DNA from: Convolutriloba macropyga
Taxonomy: Eukaryota
Reading direction: 5' to 3'
NCBI RefSeq assembly: GCF_964194025.1
Contig: NC_134469.1
Span: 26,103,598-26,166,000 of the forward strand
Length of the DNA stretch: 62,403 bases
Shown: piece by piece, positions 36,085 to 48,429 of the stretch
How positions within the stretch are numbered: position 1 is the stretch's first letter
Layout: every line of letters begins with the position of its first letter
Notes under the pieces: generated by a model
What the model saw: only the letters and a program-made list of their open reading frames with translations
Databases searched by the model: none
What the model was told of the DNA's origin: nothing
Program-made: the position numbers and the translations under genes

Positions 36085-39000
36085 ATGTATTATCACCAGA
36101 AAGATGTAACGGTCCATTCGAACCATCCAGTTGAGTCCAACTACGAGTATAACTTTAATAACGACAATGGATACGTGGGAATGAACGAAGTGTACGAGCG
36201 AAATCCGATGCAGACAACGCAAAGATTCCCAGTTCAGAATGGATCCTCGCCCATGGGCAATGGAGGTGTGTCGTACAACAACGAATTTGCGATGAGCAGG
36301 ACATCAAACTATAAGTCATCATCCGGAGTTCCAGAGAACATGCGACTTGTCGATTCGGAGGTAGCATCTCAGCGTTATGTTGCTCCTCGGAGTAACAAGC
36401 GGGAAACAACCAAAGTTATCCGAGAGACACTTGAAGATGGCACTGTGATATCTCGACAGATTGTTGTGGAGGAGGAGGACACTTTGATTGAGAGACGTCT
36501 CTACAAATACGAGGCAACGTCGCCTTTAATGAGTAGGAAAATGGATCCGGCTCAAGCGATGGCAGTCCAAACAGGCGTCCATCAAGCTGCAGAGTATGCT
36601 GAAGATGATGACGATATCACGGCTAAATTTAGTCGCTACGAAGCGGAGCTTGAAGCCCGACGTCAACAACAGCAGCAGCAGCAGCAAAGGAAGACACACG
36701 ATGATGTGAATGGATGGGGCAGCCGTTATGGGTCGAAAGGTGGGAACCTGGAAGGATCGGGCACCGAGGAGGGACATTACGTGGAAGGGTATGGACCGGT
36801 TTCGCCAAATGAAGGAAGGTATGTGATTGATGTTGATTGTGCATCCCAGTCATCTTTTGCACGTAACCAGCCTGCTCATTCTTTCCCTTATTGTCAATCG
36901 GGTGTTGTGATCTCTCCATTTACCTGTAGTTCTGATGCCAATAGCCGTGATGATTCCACATCAAGTCCTGCTGGGACAAATTTGCCTTCAAAATATGAAA
37001 CAGAGCCATGTGGCTTGAGTTACGAAGTGCATCATAGTGTTGCGGCATCATTGCAGAGTAGTTTGACCTCACCCTTGTCTATTGCACCCGAATCTTACCC
37101 TCATTTTAGTTCTAGAAATACTGACACTTTTGATTTTTATCAGCCAAATAACTGTCCTTTCGATCATTCTGTTCCTTTCTCTTTCGTTTCTTCTTTACGT
37201 TCTAACAACTTTTCTGTTCTTCCATCTAAGCCTAAAGTCAATTGCCATGCTGCTAAGTCTCCGCTTTCTGCTAATATAGAAGAGCCATTATTACAATCAT
37301 CAGCTAATTACGCTTTCAATCAAACCCCAATGTTAGGTGCCACCGACAAACAAGCTATCGACAATCAAGCTACATTCAAGCCTCGCAGTGATTCTGACAA
37401 AGGCAAAACTTCGTCTTTACGAATGACGCAATACTTACCCGGACCTCAACCTAACCCTGTAGTCACAGAACCGAGATCTGTTAGAAGTGTCAAAGGTCTG
37501 AAAACCTTAAGTAACAAAGCTCGCTCTTCGTCCCAAAGTCGATTGGCCAGACCAAAATTTCAAGAACAACGTGGTCGATTGGAGACTTCAATCGATCAAG
37601 CTCTTTTTGAGTCCAAGCTGAAATCTCGTAGTAAAAGTCAACCGGTTTTATCATCGTCGCGTAGTTTGAGTAGCTTAGTGCCATACCCATCGCAAGTTCT
37701 ACCTAAAGATGTGATTCACCCTGTCAATCAATTATCTAGTACTGGGTTTGCGCCTCTCGCTCGTTCTGCGTATAATCCTTATAAATCTCAGAGCTCATTG
37801 GTCTGTGAAAAATTGCCCTCACTTGAGGCGAAACCTGATGTCGCTCCGACAAAACTTGGACGTTCTTGTTCGGAAAAACGAATGAAAGACCTTGAGTTAA
37901 CCAAATCTCCTACGTTATCGGGATCTCGTCGCCGGAATGTCTCTGAAATGACCACACCTGATGAGACACCATTCGGCATGGTAGTTGACGCAAGCTCTGA
38001 TTGCAGCAGCATCAATGAGATTTCAGAACATTTCAGCAGTGTTATTTGGAAAGATCCAAATTCTGCTGGGCTGGGTAAGCTCTCCGATTGTGAACTTTTT
38101 GATCCTCAAAGTGACAGTGGAATTGATCTTCCAGGCAAACATATTGCTGATGTAACCTTGGTAGCTCCTATTGCTCTTAACAGAAAGAGACCAGATATTC
38201 TCTGGGCAGCTGAACCTCAGGCTTCAGTAACCGAAGTTATTTCATCGCCGGTGTCTGTCATGACCAACGATTCCACTGAGATTAATCTTAATTCTGACCT
38301 GAATAGAGTCAGAATGTTCCAGTCTGATGTCGGTCACAAGTACTGTGGCAGATTGCGAGATGGTGGCAATGAATTACTGGCTAAAGGATTGAGCAGAGAG
38401 CTACCGGGTAGAGTATTGTGTAAAAGCATTGATAATGGCTTGGATGGTGGTGTCGGTAGTAGAAATAGTCGTGACGTGTGTCTAATCCCTTCATTTTGTG
38501 AGCCCACTAACTTTGGTGATGATTTTGACTTGTATGAAAACTGTCATCGATCTATGGTGTCTTCTTCTCTATCGCAGCTTAACCCTCCTCACGTGGTGTC
38601 GGTGTCTTCCTCAATAATCGCTAACTCTCCTTCTCCTATTTACTCATTCTCTCCGAGTGTCGAATCCTGTTCACATGTCGACAATGACGTGGAAACGACC
38701 AAAAGTCGACATAATAAACAAAGTCTTTTAAGTTGTTCACCCAACTATTTCAGTTCCTCAGCTGCTCAGAAGTTTAACAACATCCCTTCTTCTAATTATC
38801 ATGTGCTTCTTTCTTCTCATAACCAACGTGGTAATGGTCCTTATGACGATTCTAAAGGGCATCGTCAACACAGAGACCAATTGCCCAGTAACTCATTCAC
38901 TTTGAATCGTGATTCCAACTCTAATTCTAACTCGGATGGAAGTTACAATCAGTTTCCTTCACCTTCTGTTGAATCTTCTTTTTACACTGATCCTCAGTTA

Positions 39001-40190
39001 CTGCGCCCTTCTCCTTTTAACAACCCAGACCAACAGCCCAAATTGCCTGATCCTTATTCACGCGGTCACAACAGTAAAGCGAAAGGTGGGCCTCGTCAAA
39101 GCTATGTGAAAAGCAACAGCTTACCAAGAAATAGGCTTGATAGCGTTCGAAATCAACAGTCAAGTAGTAGTGTTCCCAATCGCAATGGTGTCGGCTCTAA
39201 AAACCCTCATTTAAGTCCTGGAGCTAATCTCGAGTTTAAAAACCCTCATCATAGTATGTCAGCTTTCACGAAATGCGATGTATCTCCTTTTGAGTTGCTT
39301 AAGTTGTCTTCAAGTAACCAGCCTGGTTCTATCTCTGATCATTACGCCTCACCTCAACTGGTTGTTCACACTGACCCTAAATTTCCTTCTCCCAGCACTG
39401 CTGGATCTAACTCGCCTCATCGGATTGTGCCACCCACTGAACACGAATTTGGGTTGATGGACCCGGAAAGCAAATTGAAATTGATTCAAAACTTAACTGA
39501 AGGTGACTATGCTAGCAGGCCTGACGATTACGTTGGTTCTTTCAGTTCACTAAGAAAGAGTGATATCTCTAAAATCTCACCATCAACTGACGCTGTAGCC
39601 AAATCTGCTCCTCCAAGACAAATGAGGTACAACGAGAGCTTTAAGCATGCGAGTAATAACGCCTTTTTTGGTTCGGATGACTTAAAACCATCACCACGAA
39701 GTAACCAGTTTGAGCACCTAAGTCATCATCGTAACGATCGAAGTGGCGATGCATTGATTTCACCTGGAGGGAGAATGGATAGCCAGAGACCATCTGAGTC
39801 CCATTATACTTATGACTTACCAGGGGGTTCTGATTTTAACAGAAACAACAAACAAAACGGACATTTGACTACTGAACCCTATCAAGGGAAAAGAGAATCC
39901 GGGTTTACTACCACTCATGGGTTCCCATTATTAAGCGGACGTCAAAAATCGACTCCCGATATTTCCCAACACCTGGACAACGATTATGTGCCCAATTATG
40001 ACAACACCCATTTGGTTGCCAAACAAAGAGGCTTCAAAATGAGTGCTGACAACTTAATTGACGAGGATTCAGTTGTAGCGAGAGATGCCTCGAGGTCCCA
40101 ACAAAACGCTGGACTGGACTTTGCGCCCCGACCATCTCCGAAACCCAAGTTGTTGCCGTTACAGAAACATCACGCGCCACAGAGCAACAA
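36085..40190 (+). CDS. Giant first coding exon (Ser/Pro/Asn-rich, probably disordered), likely of the PINCH-like gene
   Basis: 4.1-kb open frame in AT-rich DNA; acceptor TTTTAG| at 36002/36003; in-frame stop at 36076 before the ATG; donor AA|GTAAGA at 40190 is phase 2, matching the exon at 51967. Confidence 0.8.
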
Positions 40191-42224
40191 GTAAGAGCTT
40201 GAACATTGAGATCTTGCAATTTTTCTAATCATGAAGCGTGATATTCTAAAAATTGAAAATTAATATAGCAGAGGGCGAATTCTTCAAATTAGAGGCAAGA
40301 AGTCTATTTGATTTTTGTGATGCAATGAGTTGCATTTAGCTCTATAGAGAATTCGAAGTAGATAGTTATTGCCTTCATTATATGGCATTGATCTGCGTAC
40401 TTGCTCATTCATGCGATCACTTTAGCTATACACCCCATGTTTTCTAGATAGCACTCTACTTTGTGTTTAAATTTCGGATATTAGTCAGGTTATTTTTGTT
40501 TCGTCTAAATAGTGTTCATGTAAAAATGGTACCAAAATGTTAGGCTTTGTGCGGCTTGGCCTGAGACGCTTTTTATTTCAACAATCCTTTACAATTGGTT
40601 TATCATGAAACGCCGCGTAATTTAATGGAAATTATCTCAGGTGAGTTAGAGTTGGGAAAATGTATATATAGTTCCTGGAGACTAAATTTTCCCAGAAAGC
40701 CCAAATTTGTAGTTAACGTTCATACGTATATTATCTGTTCATACCTTAGCAGAGTAAGTTAGAAAACGCAGTGTAAGTTGGGCTTATATTTTAAGTTATG
40801 AACTAAGCTAATGTTAAAACAACCTCGTTCAGTTGCGCTATGTCAGAATGAGTTTGAAGTTAAGGACAGCCTTTTGTTTGAGTTTTGGGGCAAACATAGC
40901 ACACCAATTAATGTGTATTGCATTGGCTGCTTTGCTTTCGAAAGTCCACTGAGATGGTGTTTGGTGTGTCACTCTCATTCGCTCAAATCATTATTGCAAA
41001 GATTTGAACCATAGATATATGTTTTGATATTAGATATGACTGTTAGTTGCAGACCACTTAATGATTTGATTACATTGCAACTTTCGTTGATTTAATGTAA
41101 AAATGATTATTGAAAATACACGCAATTGATAGTTACCCACTTATCGCTAGTCAGTTATAATTGTTCAATTGCCATTTAATTTTTGTCGTCTCGTTACTTC
41201 CTGTTAGTGCTCGTCGCCAGATAACCACGGAAGGAATTTATAAGCAAATTTGGAAATAAGGTAATTTTTCATGTTTGAGCTTCGAAATTGCGATCTCTGA
41301 AATTTCAAACGACAAAACATGAATTTAAATTATTGTATTTTTGACTTGTGTATCTCTTATATCCGGATTTATTTTTTACTCTTCTAATTGGTCTCCACCA
41401 AAATTTGAAGCAATTATTTTAATCGTCTATTTTTTTGTGCAAAATTTTTGCTTGACCCTTTGAATTTTTGACTGACTTTAACGTCTTCAAGTTTTGTGCG
41501 ATCCAAATTATTTTTATCATTCACAACTTTAAGCAGCTGAACTCAATTGGTGGCAAATTTCTACTCAAGATCGAATGAAAAAAGCGCGCAAAAATTGTTT
41601 TGTTTACTATCCCCGTCAGCCTCTCAACGGCTATTATTCAATTTGTTTTTGTCTAATTTGCTCCAATAACATCATTTGAAGCCCTTTTGGTAAAGTTTTG
41701 CGCACCCCCCCCCCCACGGTTTATTGTCGTGTCACTGAAACAGGATGTAAAAGCTCAAGGCCGCAAGTGACCACAAGTTAGAACAATCAGCTCAAAAAAG
41801 TTAGAAGAGAGAAGAACACCGTAATTTTTGTTCATGCATCATTCTGAGAAGGAGTGAAAAAGTGGTTGAGAAAAAAACTTGCAAAGTAAGCGAAACTGTT
41901 GTTTGTTCACGTACGACATTTTCAGGGCATTTTTGATTTTAGATTTAACTTTTCAAGTAAAACAGTTCTTTTTTAACGAGTACGTGCACGCTTGGAGTCA
42001 TTTTTGACCACCTGAAGTAATTATTAGACTTCTATATTAAATTTTCAGCTGATGTTGGCATCTTGCCGTCCATGGACGCATTTTAAGCTGTTTTGTAACG
42101 TTCTATTAATTTGAAAGAATTTTTGTTTAAGGCCGGTTTTTCAGTAGTTTTAATGCCCCTTTTAATGTGATTAATTGCTCTTGAACGAAGTTCAAAGCAT
42201 TTATTGTAAACGTGTTTGTCTTCT

Positions 42225-43670
42225 TTACGACTCGAAGAGGAGTATTGAGATCCTACAGGTTTTTACGACTCGAAGAGGAGTATTGAGATTCTACAGATTT
42301 TTACGACTCGAAGAGGAGTATTGAGATTCTACAGGTTTTTTTACGACTTGAAGAGGAGTATTGAGATTCTACAGGTTTTTACGACTCGAAGAGGAGTATT
42401 GAGATTCTACAGATTTTTACGACTCGAAGAGGAGTATTGAGATTCTACAGGTTTTTTTACGACTCGAAGAGGAGTATTGAGATCCTACAGGTTTTTACGA
42501 CTCGAAGAGGAGTATTGAGATTCTACAGGTTTTTTTACGACTCGAAGAGGAGTATTGAGATTCTACAGGTTTTTACGACTCGAAGAGGAGTATTGAGATT
42601 CTACAGGTTTTTTACGACTCGAAGAGGAGTATTGAGATTCTACAAGTTTTTTTACGACTCGAAGAGGAGTATTATGATTCTACAAGTTTTTAACGACTCG
42701 AAGAGGAGTATTGAGATTTTACAGATTTTTCCGACTCGAAGAGGAGTATTGAGATTCTACAGGTTTTTTACGACTCGAAGAGGAGTATTGAGATCCTACA
42801 GGTTTTTACGACTCGAAGAGGAGTATTGAGATCCTACAGGTTTTTACGACTCGAAGAGGAGTATTGAGATTCTACAGATTTTTACGACTCGAAGAGGAGT
42901 ATTGAGATTCTACAGGTTTTATTACGACTCGAAGAGGAGTATTGAGATTCTACAGGTTTTTACGACTCGAAGAGGAGTATTGAGATCCTACAGGTTTTTA
43001 CGACTCGAAGAGGAGTTTTGAGATTCTACAGATTTTTACGACTCGAAGAGGAGTATTGAGATTCTACAGGTTTTTTTACGACTCGAAGATAATTGAGATT
43101 CTACTACGACTCGAAGAGGAGTATTGAGATTCTACAGGTTTTTTACGACTCGAAGTGGAGTATTGAGATTCTACAAGTTTTTTTACGACTCGAAGAGGAG
43201 TATTGAGATTCTACAGGTTTTAACGACTCGAAGAGGAGTATTGAGATTCTAGATTTTTACGATTCGAAGAGGAGTATTGAGATCCTACAGGTTTTTACGA
43301 CTCGAAGAGGAGTATTGAGATTCTACAGATTTTTACGACTCGAAGAGGAGTATTGAGATCCTACAGGTTTTTACGACTCGAAGAGGAGTATTGAGATTCT
43401 ACAGATTTTTACGACTCGAAGAGGAGTATTGAGATTCTACAGGTTTTTTTACGACTCGAAGATAATTGAGATTCTGCTACGACTCGAAGAGGAGTATTGA
43501 GATCCTACAGGTTTTTACGACTCGAAGAGGAGTATTGAGATTCTACAGATTTTTACGACTCGAAGAGGAGTATTGAGATCCTACAGGTTTTTACGACTCG
43601 AAGAGGAGTATTGAGATTCTACAGATTTTTACGACTCGAAGAGGAGTATTGAGATTCTACAGGTTTTTTT
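42225..43670. repeat. Tandem satellite, ~39-41 bp monomer TTTACGACTCGAAGAGGAGTATTGAGATTCTACAGGTTT, ~36 copies
   Basis: Directly visible head-to-tail array with variable T-run length and no spacers. Confidence 0.97.
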
Positions 43671-43894
43671 AGCAGAAAGCAAGTTTGTTCATGACTTGAA
43701 TTTTGACTTCTTTCTGTTCGAGAGTTTACCTCCGTTTTTGATTGTTGACTTCTGTTTTTGAACATTCGACTTTAACAATAGCTTCGTTTGTAATGTATTG
43801 TAATTAGGAACTGCTGGTAATGTTCAAGGTGAAGAGGTCATTTTGAGATTTTTTTGTTCCTATATAAGTCACCCCTAATTATCTAAACTACACC

Positions 43895-44225
43895 GCACAA
43901 CCCCCCACCCCCCAACACCTATCTACCCCCCCCCACACCGCCCCGCACCCCCCAACTTACCCCCACCTACCCCTACCCCCTCCCTTCACCTAGCTACCCC
44001 CACCTACCACCCCCCCCCCAAATACCCGAGCACTACCCATCTCCGCAACCTACTACCCAACCACCCAACTACATACCCCCCCCCCCCCGCCCCAACTTAC
44101 CCTCACCTACCCCTACCCCCTCCCTTCACCTAGCTACCCCCACTTACCCCCCCCCCCCAACTGCCCCAGCACTACCCACCTCCCCAACCTATCTACCCAG
44201 CCACCCCACCTAGCCCCCCCCCCGC
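43895..44225. repeat. C-rich tandem duplication (~135-bp unit; G-quadruplex-prone on the minus strand)
   Basis: CCTACCCCTACCCCCTCCCTTCACCTAGCTACCCCCAC occurs near 43966 and 44106. Confidence 0.8.
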
Positions 44226-44554
44226 GCCTAAAAAATTGTCGGCATTTTTAAAACACTTTATTGTGGTTTGTTGGGCTACTTTTGTTTTTTTCTCTTTTTT
44301 GTCTATTTTGATGTTGATTTCGGTAAGGTTAGGTTAGAAATTATAATGCATGACGATTCGAGTCGTTTCCGGTATTCTACCGGCTACTATGTTTTTTATG
44401 CAAGTTTTTCGCTTGACAATTTTGACTTTTCGAGGGACTTTTACGCCCCTGACTTTTTGCGTTTCGCGTGATCTAAAATTCTCTCTCAATCACAATTTCA
44501 AGCAGATGAACTCAATTGGCGGCAGTTTAATGCTAAAAGTCAAATGAAAAGTGG

Positions 44555-44995
44555 CCATTTTGCCGCTGTTTCGACATTTTGCGTGAAATCTTTTTGACTT
44601 CTCTAGGCTAGTTTCTCTCTTCTCTCATTCTGCTAAAAGTGATTTTGAACATCAGTTGCTCAGCAAAGCAATTCAAAATGAACAGAGTCAGTATAAAAGA
44701 TTGAAGTCAGAAATAGAAAAGGGATAAACCCATAAAGCCCAATTTTAGATGCCCGCTATTTGAACGTCGTTCCTATAAGTCTTAGTTACCATCTCTTATG
44801 CTTATTGGTAATGATAGTAGCCCCTTGTAGTCTCTATCTAAGAAACAGAAGTTTGTTCAACTGTGAAATGCCGTCAAAATAAATCGGACTTAAAAATTTT
44901 TTTGTAAAAAAATTTTTTTTCAATATCTTCTATTCGTTCAATCCCAATCATGCTTATTGGAATCAACGGCTGCTATTTTCCGGCAAACTGGTGTC
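44555..44995 (+). mobile_element. Partial copy (3' half) of HINE-like family B
   Basis: High similarity to 54403-54835; ends in GCTATTTTCCGGCA. Confidence 0.75.
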
Positions 44996-47900
44996 ATTTT
45001 TTACTTTAAATCTTAATAGTGGTATCTGTTAACCTTTAATGTGGTTATTTGAAGCCCACTATTGAACTTCTTAGTCCCATTTAGGCTCCCTCTCCCTCCC
45101 TCCCCCCCCCCCCCACTGAAGCAGGCTGCAAGCTCCCACTAGTTGTTCAAGAGCAATTCTTCCGACGTTTAGTCGGTTATGTTTAGAGTTGATTTTATCA
45201 AAGAAAACAGATAAAACTAAGTCCAGTGTTGCAACAACTTCGTCTATCTTTGGATATTTTTTAAAACTATTTCTTTGTTTTTGCAACAGTTTTTCTCATT
45301 CAATAGTTTTCTTAGAGTTTTATGTGATTGTTACTAAGAGGAGAAATTTGAAGGTTGCTTAGTCTTTAGCGCACTTAATTAAGTTCTTTTTTCTTGTCTT
45401 TCGGGTGTCGTGGGGTACTTATTTAACACAAACGTTATTAAAGGTGGCTAACGGAACAATTGTTGTGACGCTTGGACGCTTTTGTGAAATTCTCTAAAAA
45501 TCATACGGCTAGATTTCGTAGTCAACTCTTTGCCATAACACCAGTTGCCTAACTTATCGATGACAATAATAGTTGGAGTAGAATTTATACTATACAAAGT
45601 CAAATTGCTATAGCTAGAATCTTTTTACGCCATACTCCTAAACAACTGTGTACATATGAATAGTGGATCGAAAAGGTGGCGGACGAATATTTTGCAACTA
45701 AATATATTGTGTTGTACGTTATGTAATTGTTGTAATCGCAAAGAACTGATTATAAACATGACCACATTGATGCTATAGGCCTCTCAATCACCTCACTGTA
45801 TTTTATTTGCTTAATGGCAAGACAACAAAAGTGTGGTGATTTTCTTGAATGTTTTATGTATTATTAGTGTTTGTTGTCCTCTGATTTCACCTCGAGCAAG
45901 GTGTGTGTTTTATGCGTCAATGTGGGGTCTTTTATTGAACGTAAGTCGTTTTTTGGCTAGATGTGCATTTTGAACAGATTTTAAAAATTTATTCATTTCT
46001 TTTTCTAGTTTTCATCATAGTTTTGTTGATCATGCTGTACGCAATTGAATAAAATTATAATTATGCCAAGGTGTGCTAAAAATATTCGTTTTGAGAGTTG
46101 CAACTTGAGATTTTTCAAAACAAGTTTTGCAGGCTCGTTTTTTTAGATTACTATTGTGAAATGCATGGATTTTTTAAATAAGTAGATGACCGCTGTTTAG
46201 CTCCTCTTACTTCGAGTTGATTCGGAAGTTTTTTGGCTATAATTTTCCTTTTTTCCTCGTCTGTGATTCTTGCGACCATTTGACTTCTCGTTTTCAGCGA
46301 CTTCTACCGCTCAGAATTTGATATTCTGTGTGACCTCATTATTTTGATCTATTTAGCGTCAGCTTTTATGTCATTTGTGTAAAAAATTTTTCACTCAGCT
46401 CACTTGTTGAAGTTCAAATTTAAAAACATTCTCTTATTTAATATCAATGAAGAGCACCGAACTGTGCCTCAAACGTTAATGGTCTAAGATTTCAGAATTT
46501 GAGTTTTTGAAATTTTTAGCTCGATCATCTAATATCAACAGTTTTCTTCTGAGAGCCTCCTTTTCTATTGCATACAATTTTAAATTATCGAATCTTTTTC
46601 ATTAGGTTTCTAGATTCTAATAGGCGGCTGAATTATCTTTTTATTTTTTGCTTGTTTCAATTACTGTGAAGGTCAAGGAGGTCTATCAATGAGGTTTTTC
46701 CGGCTATCTGCCGACTACGTTTCAAAGATTTTTTTAGACGTTCTTCGGCTTTATTGTCATTGAGAAGTCGTATTTGAAAAGCGATAGTCTCGCTGAAGTT
46801 GTAAATGGTAGCGAGATGAGAGCACTTTAAAAAAAATTTCAAACGCTTTCAAAGTATAATGAAAAAACAATACTCGGGGGAATTTTGTACGTGCTGCAAT
46901 TTGATTTGCGTTTTCCTTCTTGATTGCGTTTGAAAGTAGCACGTGTTTTAATTTTGCGCAGTTGCAATTTTGATTTCCTCGCATGGGAGCTATCGTTTTA
47001 TGACTGAATTCTTTTAAGTTTTACGCATTTTGTAGTTTTTTGCCAGTCTTTTTTCCTATTTGTGCAAGGTATCATTGGCTATCTAATGAAACCGAATTAT
47101 TTCTTTTTGGGGTTTTCACTACTTCTCTGAAGTTTTTGATGAGTTTGACACTATTATATTCAAGTTGGCGGTTTTTTGTGGTACTTATGTTCCCTGAAGT
47201 TCATTAGGTTCCATTTAAGCGCTTCAATCTTTAGTGCTCTAATACTTGAGGTTTTAAGTTAAAGTTTCAAGTTTTTAGTTAAGCCACGGATTTAAGTTTT
47301 CAGAAATTCTTAAAGAATAATTAATGCTGAATGGCAAACAAATTTTGTTTCCGTATTTTGTTCAACTTTGGTTGATTTTGTTTGATTAAACATTTGCTGC
47401 TTCAGAGTAAAAAGAATACTCCAGCTTCTTCTTCATAATAAAATTAGCGGTGTATTTTATGTATTGGCAACGACGGTGGTATGATATTCACTGAAATGTT
47501 GTGAACAAATAGCCCCAAGTTTTGGAATACAGATTCTTAATTGCTCTCAAACGAAGTCTGTACTAATTATATTTGTCCTTTGTTTGCGATTTTTCGCTTG
47601 ACCAATTTTTCGTCTGACCCTTTTAATTTTTCTTGCTCGAAAACGGGATAAACAGGTAAAGCCCGCAGGGCATTAAATTCTCTTAGATCCTTACGGCTAA
47701 ATAGTCTCTTAAGTATGGGGTTCACCAAAGAAGCAGGTTAAGAGACATAAGCTCCGAATGTGAAGGGAGCTCTAAGAGTTTGTCCCGTCCCCCCCCCCCA
47801 CCACCACCTCCAATCCACCTCATTCCAACCGTTACCCCGCACACTCTCGGCCACCCCCTCTCATTCTGACCACACCCCCTCAATTAATCTAAAGCTAGCC

Positions 47901-48429
47901 TCCTCAGCCGCAGCTAGCTACTGCCGAAGCCAACCGCTCGCCAGTCGTTTGAGAGTGATTCGCCCAACATTAGTTGATTGTTTGAATCATTTGACTTGTG
48001 GTAAAGTATATCGAAAGAAAGTTTGGATCAAAACTCAACTTCATCTCGGCAGAAAGTTTGTTATTAACTGCTCAGTGAAAATTTTTCCAAATTTCTGTCC
48101 ACATTATTTGCAAAAACTTCATGATGGGATGAGAAAACGGATCCATGAAGATTCTTTCTCGATCCAATATTGGACTATGCTCGGTCCAGCAAACAAGGAC
48201 ATTTTTGGTACAGCGAAAGTGGCGAGTTCGCTTAAATCCATAAAAGTTCTCTTAGGCAAATCTGATCAAGTATGGAATTTTCGTGTTGTTTTGCAATCGC
48301 TCATGCTCTTCTCATAAGTTGAGGTCTTTACCAGGCTGCTTTTAGAATCGAGAATATCCCTTGTCGAGATTTCATTCTTGCTAAATTAGATTTAATTTTT
48401 AGTTCATTCTAGTCTCTTTTTCTAGCTTT

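Noticed and set aside
42225-43670. CRISPR-like array / ORF 42437-42829
   Set aside because: Head-to-tail monomers with no unique spacers, no cas genes and a eukaryotic context; the ORF is only a translation of the repeat.
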